Of a stretch of 64,000 nt of DNA, positions 38,431 through 48,100 are shown in pieces. The notes below the pieces were generated by a model. The model worked only from the letters and a program-made list of their open reading frames with translations, did no database searches and was not told the DNA's origin. Position 1 is the stretch's first letter; the number at the start of each line of letters is the position of its first letter. Origin of the DNA: Chara braunii (Eukaryota; Plantae; Charophyceae); contig BFEA01000015.1 in NCBI GenBank assembly GCA_003427395.1, forward strand, positions 5,266,751-5,330,750, given 5' to 3'. The translations under genes and the position numbers were made by a program.

Positions 38431-38738
38431 TTACCTGCCCCCACCTCGGCAGATAGGACAGCTACGGTGAGGATGATGTGGATGTTCANAAGGATGCCCA
38501 AGGAGAGCNGCNCCAGCACAGCATTCTGCAGGACGGNTAGCACGAACCATCCCATCAAAACAGTCCTGACAGAGGACGTGTTGTCCACATGTCAAAAACA
38601 CGGCAGGGCGTTCATCACAGTGCGGCATCATACAGTTCTGATAGCGTCCTTGGGCACAATAGGGACAACGTGTATCTGGGTGATAGGGATGTGTACAATG
38701 AGGAAATGTTGGACACCCTTCAGGACAGACGGCGACAG
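38431..38738 (-). pseudogene. Second copy of the RING-RING region
   Basis: VAVCPEGCPTFPHCTHPYHPDTRCPYCAQGRYQNCMMPHCDERPAVFLTCGQHVLCQDC...CPICR in one frame. Confidence 0.8.
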
Positions 38739-38840
38739 TATATATATATTGTCACACTGTGAATATATCATCAAACAGAGCTGCCCGGTAAACTGTAGGC
38801 AGAGAGGGAGAAGAGGACAACAAACGAGCGGCTGTGACAA

Positions 38841-38892
38841 ACTGTTTCGTCGGAGTTTCACCGACTCATCAGGAGGCTGAACCCTCAACAGT
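38841..38892 (-). ncRNA. Full-length type III hammerhead with GUU triplet (family A)
   Basis: actGTT gagg-gttcag-cctc CTGATGA gtcgg-tgaaact-ccgac GAAA cagt. Confidence 0.85.
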
Positions 38893-39894
38893 CTGCAGAC
38901 TCATCAGGAGGCTGAACCCTCAACAGTCTGCAGAATCCCCGAACCTGATGATTACACTGTTAAGTGATAATCCACCTTAACCCCGGCTGTGGTTACGCAT
39001 CAACAACTGCCCGACAACTGATAACCTGAGGTGGGCATCAACCACTGCCCTCAAGGTACCTGTGATGAAAATCACCACAGACTGTCGGTTCACACACCAT
39101 CACAAGCCACTCTACAGACTGTCGGTTCACAACCCATCACATTCCAGCAAAACACCCACGGTAGTTTGTCACAGCCCCTAGTTTGTTGTCCTCTCTCTCT
39201 CTCTCTCTCCCTCGCACGTGCGCGCGCGCCAAACCGAGCTGCCCGGTAAACCGTAGGCAGAGAGGGAGAAGACAACAACAAACGAGGGGCTGTATATTTG
39301 TCACACAGTGAATGTCACACTGTGAATCAGAGCACAAAGGCGGAAAAAGACGAAACAAAAAAAGGAAAGAACGAAGGATAGCTCCGCATGTTCAACACCT
39401 CTTACGTACAAGGCCAGCCACGTGGATGACAGGTTGAGTGCTGCCCCCATCCCCGTGTGTCACAAGGACCCACTTGCACGCAGCCAAAAGGCAAAGAGGT
39501 AAAGAAAAGGAGGAAACCAAACTTCACAGAGGCAAGAGAAAGAGAAAGGGATTCCGTCAAAGAAAAGACGAGGGAAGAGGAAGGCCTATCAATCAAACAA
39601 AACAAATGACACATCCCACAGATAAACCAATTGCCACTGTCACAGCAAAGTTCAACCTATTCTTTCTTTTCTTTTCTTTTTTCTTGTTTTCTTATTACTT
39701 GTTTTCTTTTTTCTTGTTTTCTTTGTTCTTTTCTTCCGCATTTTTTTTTTCTTTTTTTCTTTTCGTTTTATCAATTTTTTCTTTCTTCTTTCTTCAACTC
39801 CGTATCTGTTACTAGTGTTGAAAGCCTTATCTGTCCTACAAAAATTAGTGTTGCTCCTGACCTGCTTCTTGATTCTATTGGCCAATCAGGAAGA

Positions 39895-40108
39895 GGAGCC
39901 CCCACCCCGGCAGATAGGACAGGCACGCTGAGGATGACGTGGATGTTCACAAGGCTACCCAAGGAGAATTGCACCAGCACAGCATTCAGCAGGACGGCTA
40001 GCACGGACCATCCCATCAAAACAGTCCTAACAAAGGACATGCTGTCCACATGTCAAAAAAACAGCAAGATGTTCATCACAGTGCGGCATCATCCAGTCCT
40101 GATAGCGT
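39895..40108 (-). pseudogene. Third, more decayed copy of the second RING
   Basis: Homologous to 38431-38650. Confidence 0.8.
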
Positions 40109-40110
40109 GC

Positions 40111-40450
40111 CAAGACGGATCTCTCCGATTCAGTGTATTTGATAAGACTGTTGCATGGGATTTTCATGTGATACGATATCCTAATGCAACGTCGAACATT
40201 TCATCTCATCAGCCTGCAGGTGTGTTCACCGGCCAGCTTACGCGGTCTGGGCATATTTGTGACAATTGGCATGATTTCAGAACTGCGGCAGTCATGCTTG
40301 TCCACCCGTCGTTTGCTTTGGCCATGCTCCTTTGACATTGGCCCGAGGATGGACTTGTTACACTAGTGCTCGCCTGCGTCGACACCTTATACATGTGACT
40401 CGACGTACACAATGGCTTCGCCGTATGCCTCGCTGGTCCGTGCGCATCAT
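40111..40450 (+). pseudogene. C-terminal (thumb) region of a Penelope-like reverse transcriptase, Naiad/Chlamys type
   Basis: DGSLRFSVFDKTVAWDFHVIRYPNATSNISSHQPAGVFTGQLTRSGHICDNWHDF, then after a frameshift GHAPLTLARGWTCY; matches the PLE pattern YDK..F.F....P...SN.......GV...QL.R...C....DF....GY. Confidence 0.8.
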
Positions 40451-40869
40451 CCTCTTCCACCTTCTCCTCCCATTCCTTCCCTTCTCCTTCTCCCTCTCCC
40501 CCTCCTCCTCCCCCTTCCTCTTTTCCATCTTCTCATCCTCCCCCCCCTCCCCCTTCTTGTCCATTTCCCCCTCCTCTCCACTTCCCCCTTCTCCTCCTCC
40601 TCCCCGTCCTTCCCCTTCCCTTCTCCCTCCCCCTCCCTCTCCTTCTTCTTCTACTTCCCCTTCTTCTTCCCCTTCCGTCTACTTTCTTCTTTATCCTTTT
40701 CTTCCTCTTCTTCTTCTACTCCCCCTTCTTCTTTCCCTTCTGTCTACTTCTTCTTCTTCTTTATCCTTTTCCTCTTCTTCTTCTTCTTCTTCTTCTTCTT
40801 CTTCTTCTTCTTGCCTCCTCTAGTCTGTCTTCTTCTTCCCCTTATTCCAACTCATTTTCGTTTTTCCCT

Positions 40870-41248
40870 CGCCAACACCCTGCACGCCGGCTGAGATCGG
40901 CCCCTCCCTTATCTTCGTTGTCTGAATACGTCGTCAGGTTCGTTCATTCTCTCCTCCTCCCAGTTCCCCTTCCTCTCGACGTCGTGTTGATGCTAATCTG
41001 CCGGATTCTTCGTCTTAACGACAACCTGCTCTGCCACGTCGACCGTGTTCGTCTGCAACCGCGCCGGATCAGACCTGGCTTTCCAGAGGTGACCGATTCC
41101 GATCTGCGGACAGATCTACCAAATACTTGTGGCTTGACAGCCACAAATGTCTGCCTACCTCAATGGCTTATCAGCGTCAATGTTACACTGTACCCCATTT
41201 TGTTACAAATGCTTATCAGCTTGACGCTGTTGAAAATCAGTTGTTGGT
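40870..41248 (+). pseudogene. Linker and Josephin N-terminus, downstream of the RT fragment on the same strand
   Basis: Homologous to the reverse complement of ~36430-36750 (DSDLRTDLPNTCGLTATNVCL). Confidence 0.85.
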
Positions 41249-41395
41249 AGCAATCGTAACATAATGGGATGCAGTGTAACATTGACGCTGATAAGCCATT
41301 GAGGTAGGCAGACATTTGTGGCTGTCAAGCCACAAGTATTTGGTAGATCTGCCCGCAGATCCGAATCGGTCACCACTGGAAAGCCAGGTCTGATC
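41067..41395. repeat. ~146-bp inverted repeat of Josephin coding sequence
   Basis: 41067-41213 is the near reverse complement of 41249-41395. Confidence 0.95.
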
Positions 41396-41762
41396 TATAT
41401 ACATATATCGTCAAACATTGTCAAACAGAGAAAATATATATATCGTCACAAACAGAACTGCCCGGTAAACCGTAGGCAGAGAGAGAGAAGAGGACAACAA
41501 ACGAGGGGCTATCGTCAATATAGATATATCGTCATATGTTTGTCGTCATATATTAATATAATCAAACTGAGCTGCCAGGTACACCGTAGGCAGAGAGGGA
41601 GAAGAGGACAACAAACGAGGGGCTGTGACAAACTGTTTCGTCGGAGTTTCATCGACTCATATATATTATATATCGTCATATATATACATAGTCAAACAGA
41701 GCGGCCCAGTAAAACCGTAGGCAGAGAGGGAGAAGAGGACAACAAACGAGGGGCTGTGACAA

Positions 41763-41814
41763 ACTGTTTCGTCGGAGTTTCACCGACTCGTCAGGAGGCT
41801 GAACCCTCGACAGT
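41763..41814 (-). ncRNA. Intact type III hammerhead ribozyme (family A)
   Basis: actGTC^ gagg-gttcag-cctc CTGACGA gtcgg-tgaaact-ccgac GAAA cagt; predicted cut between 41809 and 41808. Confidence 0.93.
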
Positions 41815-42214
41815 CTGCAGAATCCCCTAACTGACTACACTGTAAGTGATAACCCAAACCGCGGCTTTGGTTAAGCATCAACGACTGCCCAACAACTGAT
41901 ACCCTGAGGAGGGCCACCAACCACTGCCCTCAAGGTACCTGTGACGAAAATCAAAGCAGACTATCACTCACACACACCAGATGGAAAACTCTACAGACTG
42001 TCGGCTCACACCCCATCACGAGCAAGCAAAACACTCACGAAACAAAGAAAGGTCTGTCACAGCCAAAAAATACACTCCAGACAACGTCGCTGGCATTAAA
42101 ACACAGCAAGGCCGCGAAGTGACGGCCCTGACCACTGCCGCTCGACCTGATCGGAGAAAACCGTAGCAGGGTGCTAGCAAAGTCGTGGTATATATCGTCA
42201 AACAGAGCTGATAA

Positions 42215-42259
42215 ACTGTTTCGTCGGAGTTCCACCGACTCATCAGGAGGCTGAACCCT
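42215..42259 (-). ncRNA. Hammerhead copy starting at the self-cleavage site
   Basis: Begins AGGGTTCAGCCTCCTGATGA directly after a TA tract, 1 nt short of the predicted 3' cleavage product. Confidence 0.85.
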
Positions 42260-42800
42260 ATATATTGTCACATTGTGAATCCTATATATCATCACACCGT
42301 GTATCGGAGCGGAAAGGCGAGAAATATATATATTATAAATTATATATATCGTCACATGAATATCAGAGCGCAAAGGCGAAAAAAAACAGAAGAAAACAAA
42401 ACAAAAAAAAAAATCGTTTTTTTTTCTTAATATATATATCGTCACAAATAGAACTGCCCGGTAAAACGTAGGCAGAGACAGAGAAGAGGACAACAAACGA
42501 GGGGCTGTGACAAACTGTTTCACAAGAGTATCAGAGTGCAAATGCGAACAAAAAGAACAAAAAGGAAAAAAGAAAGAAAAACAAGAAAAAATGAATTCAA
42601 TTTTTAATCTTCTTCCTTATAACTCCCCCTGTTCAGAACCTCTTGCTGCCTATACCGTCGAATACAACTGTTCAGAACCTCTTGCTGCCTATACCGTCGA
42701 ATACATACATGTGTGTGTGTGTCCATAGAAAGACAGAGAACTCGACTATGACAGCGCAGGCAAAGAGGGAAACGAGGACAACAAACAAGGGGCCGCCGCT

Positions 42801-42862
42801 GACTGTTTCCTCGGAGTTTCACCGACTGACTCATTAGGAGCGGCTGGGCCCTCCTCTACAGT
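42801..42862 (-). ncRNA. Divergent, probably inactive hammerhead
   Basis: gactGTA...ctc CTAATGA gtca gtcggtgaaactccgag GAAA cagtc; core mutated. Confidence 0.6.
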
Positions 42863-43329
42863 CCCCTAACCGATGATGGTACTGTTCAGTGACATCAACG
42901 ATTGCCGGACAACTGATACCCCTCCGCAGAGGTGGGGACCACAAACCACTGCGCACTGCCCTTAAGGGGACCTGTGACGAAAATTAAAGCAGACTATCAC
43001 TCGCCCACACCAGGCGGAAGACTCTGCTCCGCAGAATGGATATGCTTATACACACATACATGCCTATATATCGTCAAACAGAACTGCCCAGTAAACCGGC
43101 CAGAGAGGGAGAAGAGGACAACAAAGGAGGGGCTATGACAAACTGCTTCGTCGGAGTTTCAGCATAATGCAATTCTATTTATCATTAACATACTCTATCT
43201 CGTAATGCGTTCTTACTTAACGATATTTGAAATACTATTTCTCACTTCACGCACCAACCAGTCGCCGAGTCGGACAGCACATTAGGATGGTCAGAAATGC
43301 ATCTAGCCCAAAAAAAAAAAAAAAAAGGA

Positions 43330-44925
43330 AAGAAACAAAGAAAGACGCATCTGACAACGAAAGCACGCAATGGCCCTTACGCAGCGCACGACGGCGGGCC
43401 CAAGGGAGATCCGGAGGATGGGGCACCAAGGACCGAGTGCCAGCGAAGACGGTGGGAGGGAGGCCCTGGAGGACGAGAAATGGGAGAAGAGAGGTGGACG
43501 GGCAATACGAGGAGAGAGCAAAACGACGGAGCCATTGCGAAACGTAGGAACGTCAAGCAGCAGCAGGACAAACAGCTGGTATAGGAGGGTGGAATGAAAG
43601 GTCGACACATGAGAGGCCGACACGAAGAAAACGAGCTGCCGCGCAAGACGTGTGGGAGGAGAGTGCGAAGAGAGAGGAAAAGGATGCAGGAAAGACCGCA
43701 AAGACGAGCGGCAGAGAAAAGCGCGGCAGGGAAGAGAGCAAACAGAGATAGAAAGAAGACCGCCGTGAAGTCGGAAGAGAAGAGCAGCTGAAAAAAGCGC
43801 AGGCGTAGAGCGGAAGGGAAGGGCACGAAGAGAGAGAGGAAGAGGACAGCAGGGAAGACGGCAGAGAAGAGCGGAGGAGAAAAGCCCGGATGCAGAGCGG
43901 CACGGAAGTTAGCGCGGAGAGAGACCAGAAAAGGACAGCAGGGGAGAGGGCAGAGAAGAGCGGCGAGGAAGTGACCACGGCCAGAAAAAAACCGCCGACA
44001 AAGAGAACAGCAAATAACAGAACGGGCAACAACACGCCGTCGAAAATAGAGGGAAGGAAGGGAGAGAGAACATGAGTGCGTGATAGCGAGAAGGCACGCG
44101 CGGGCAAGAGGGGGCAGGGCCAAGACGGCAGCTACAAGGACATCATCGGAACAGCGGTATAACATAGAGATCAGCAGAGACGAGACAGTACGGCCAGCAA
44201 GACGAAGACGGGATTTACAAGGGGGGGGGTTGGAAAGGAAGGCTGTACGGAATACAACAAAGAACGGCCGAGAACGAGAGCGACGGCTGGGGATGCGAGG
44301 AGGACAACAGGGCACGGAGGGGAACACGACCACAGGGCACGGAGGGAAAAGAGGGCATTGGAGAAGAAGATGGGCCGGACAGGAACAAGATGGGAAGAAG
44401 GCGAAAACACGGGCGAAGCTGCCAGAAGTGGAACATGACGGAGAGGGAGAAGGACGTCCATAGACGACCTGGGCGAGGAAAGGAGGGCATGCAGTCCCAT
44501 TAAGCGAAAGAAAATGGGAGTGAGTGAGGACGGAAGACAACACGGGCAACCCCACAGTGACCATGGACACCGTGCGCAAGGACAAGGGGAGCAAGGATAA
44601 AGAGAATTAAGGAGAACGCAATGGGCAGCGACGACGCAGATGGGCTGGGAGGAGAATAGGCTTAAAGAGTTCACGGCCGCAGATGGACGACGAGAAAGGG
44701 GGGGGGGGCGGGAACCAAGAGGAGGTACCACGCACAGAAGACAGCCGGTAGATGAAGCCGGCGGACTTCCCCGCTAAGGCGGTAATCAGTAAGAGGCAGG
44801 GAAAGACAGAGAAGGAAGGCGAGCTACCACACAAAGAAGACAGCCAGTTCATCGCACCTTCCTTGCTGAGGCAGTAATAAGTAAGAGGCGGGGAAAGGCA
44901 AGAGAGAAGGAAGGCGAGACGCAAT
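43330..44925 (-). mobile_element. Possible decayed LINE (L1/Tx1-like) 3' region
   Basis: Strong strand skew; LLLPQQG-like and AHLLLQCP (CCHC-like) remnants in the expected order; heavily degraded. Confidence 0.3.
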
Positions 44926-44993
44926 GATGAATGAATTGGGAAGTATGACAGAAAATTGGGAAGTATGACAGAAGGCCGGATTGAGGCGCCTGC

Positions 44994-45143
44994 ACGGAGT
45001 GACAGGATTCGAACCTATGTGCTATATACTTTTTTATAGTAGAGTAGGTTCAATTGGTACTTCAACGCATTAGCTGAGCCACTAGCTAATATTTTCTCTG
45101 GAACTGTTGTATGTCGTTGTAGGTTCAAGTCCCACATTGCAGC
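44994..45143. pseudogene. Two tRNA 3'-half relics in opposite orientations
   Basis: Minus strand CTATA..TATAG variable arm + AGGTTCGAATCCTGTCACTCCG; plus strand GTAGGTTCAAGTCCCAC. Confidence 0.45.
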
Positions 45144-48100
45144 GAAGGAGAAGGGAAACGGGAAAACAGAGAACGCAGCAAGCACACGGCAAACAACGGC
45201 TGTGGCAAAAGACAGAGCACACGGGAGAAAGGGGGGGCAGGAAAGACTGGTTTCCGAGAGAGAGACGACCGGTAGGGAGCAAAGAGAGAGAGACGACCGG
45301 TAGGGAGCAAAGAGGAGATGACGGGTAGACCGAAGAAGAGAGACGTCAGGAACGTAAACAGTGAAGAACATTAGCATGGCCATTGCTGCTTCCTTTCTGC
45401 AGTTGTTCTGCTGGCTTCTGCCCACGGCAAGACGCTGTGTGCTGAAAGAGAGGAGTCGTTTCGAACGTCACTAAAAACTGGACACACACAAGATTAGCAC
45501 GGCCCCTGCGAAAAGGATTGACACGCACAAATACCGGAAACCGGTCCAAATGCTATAAACAGAAACAAAACAAAGGGGAAAATTTGGAACGACATAGAAA
45601 AGCAGAGGGCCCCCCTGCTTCCCCGCCCAGTTACTTTTTGGTACACACAGCGATTAGACAACTCGTATCTACCTCCATCCAGATGGACGTCTGTTAACAA
45701 ATTCCATATCAATTGAAATAATGGACTCCCCAGTGTTCCTACTATATCGCTCCAAGACATTATCCGTTCTTTGCGCGGAAAAACACTAGGCACACTCTCA
45801 CACTAGGACCTTTTCTATTCAGCTCTAGACATGATTACGGTCACATGCATCCACGTCTGAAACGTAATTGGAGTCGGATTGATTTTGGAGAGTGCCGGTG
45901 TGAGTCTGCCCTCAGACTAGTGAGTCTGCCCTCAGACTACCGTCTTCCCCCGAACACAAGGCACTATTATTTTGGCTGTATCTGGCCGGACATATAGCTT
46001 GTATACATTCATTTTTAGGGTGCGTTATGTTCGGGGGAAGACGGTAGTTATATGCGGGACAACAATTAGCTAGAACTTCTCTCCATACGAAGGACATTGG
46101 TAGAAGCTTGGCCGATTGAAGGAAGTAGGATTTGAGCCTCCAACGTTGACGACAACCGAACCAGAATCCACCCTACCACCCAGCCAAAGCTCCGGACTAC
46201 TGACAACGCATTCATTCCTCCATTGACCCCTCCCAATCACCCGTCGCTGACCCCTCCCAATTACCCGTCGCCAAATCAATAGACACCGACTTCCCGACCA
46301 TCCCACTGGGGCGGGAGGATTTGAGCTTACGACATCATCATCCCTTGAAGCAGGCAGTCGGTCACGACTTAAGAAAACTTCTGCCGACTAACGAGAAAGC
46401 CTACAAGAGTGAAATCGATATTAGCATTCTTGCTCTTCTTTTCAATTCGTTTTTTTGTACGTTTCCTCATGGAAGTGCAGAAGCACACAACGGCAGAAAA
46501 GTAAACATTGAACTACGCCCCGTTCAGTATATAGAGAAAAAAATCGGCACGTAAATCGAAATACGGTCCAAGCGAAAAACAAAATTGAAAACGGATTGCT
46601 TGCTCCATGGTGTCCAAACAATTGTCATCACAAATTCCGACAGGTTCACCAATCGTCACAGATTGACTGGGGTTTACGGCACGATTGATTGGAATCCATA
46701 ATTTGCCCCTGCTTTACCAAGCATGTTGCCTGATTGACTGAAATGTGCCTGGGTTCGTTCGTGCGACCGAATTGGACCTACCTATCATAATCCCTGAAAT
46801 CCATTCCCATCACCTCTAAATTACTAGTGGATTGACCTCTTAATTACTAGTGGATTGACCTCTTAATTACTAGTAGATTGACTAATCAAATGCTTCAAAC
46901 TTCCATACACTTGATTGCTGAGCCCAATCAATCAATGCTTGTCCCCATCGTACTATAACAGAGACTCAAACGACGCCTTCGGCGCCTTCGTTTGGCAACG
47001 AACCAATCAACCAATCAATTAGTCAATCCCCAAACAATGGTGGATTAACTAATCGCAATGCTTGAAACGTTCACGAACTCGATGTCGCGTCCAATCAACC
47101 AACGCTTATGCCTATTAACTTTTCGATCAATCAACGACTCGATCATCCACTGGATCACTGAATCCCCAACTACAGAGAGATCAAGCCCGCTTAACGAATC
47201 AAATATAAATCCCTTCGCTCCAATATTCCTATTTGTCGACCCGCACCCGTCGAATGAGGTCTACATAATCATCAAGGAAAATATCAGCAGCACTGACTTG
47301 CTCAACAAGTCAATTGTGACAACGACAGGACCTCTAGAGTAATAACCGGATCACCTGGCAAATGACTACAGAGACTGACCCACGACGAGAAGACAACGGT
47401 AAATACACAAACGAAAAAAAAAAAAAAAAAAAACACGTAACCAATCCAGATTACTGGCATAATAGATATAGATCTACTCCACCTCCCCTCCACTCCCCTT
47501 TTCTGCGCACCCCAACGCAACTCGTAATCATGATCTTGGTTGGGCCGCGCGCCCCCCCCCCCCCCCCCCCCCCCCCCCCTTTCCTCCCCCCCCCCCCCCC
47601 CCCCCCCCCCCCCACGAGGTCCAACGATGACGATAAAAGATTGTTCTGTCTTTTCGATGACGGTAAAAAGGCTGTTCAATCATTCAATGTTGATTCCTTA
47701 GTCTATATAAGAAACGTGGTCAATCGCGCGCCTCTCAGATCTCACCCCTCCCTTTCCTCGGTATATAATCATCTATAACCAAAACAGGCATCCTTATCTC
47801 TCGACGAAACATGTATACATTTTGTCCTCTTAGGTTCCTTTGTTCCCCCCTCGCCACCAACTGTCTGGTAGACTTCACTTCTCCCCTCTTCCTTCGTTTA
47901 CCTCTCCGGAGGCCAACTATGTGCCTCTGGTTTCTCACCCATTGCCACCAGCTTTTCGTCATTAACCAGGGCGGCACCACGCACCCTCTTTTTTTTCCAC
48001 TTCGTCACGTCTTTCTTGGAGATTCCCTGGCCCATCCCTGCTAACTGTCCCTTCCCCATCCCTGCTAGGAGTCCGCCACTCCCATGCCCCGGTCACCACC

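Larger units (their letters stand above)
35105..43165 (-). mobile_element. Cluster of nested, 5'-truncated Penelope-like retroelement copies inserted in (TA)n
   Basis: Many modules ending TGAC(G/A)A-TATATA on the minus strand; repeated ~70-nt tail plus HHR; RT, Josephin and RING fragments; inversions. Confidence 0.85.

Noticed and set aside
38945-38975. Plus-strand hammerhead (CTGATGA) that would imply a viroid-like two-polarity RNA
   Set aside because: No GAAA after the helix, and CTGATGA is not conserved in the homologous copies at ~41830 and ~42870
35140-43165. CRISPR-like array of repeated units
   Set aside because: Irregular spacing, variable truncation, no cas genes, eukaryotic context
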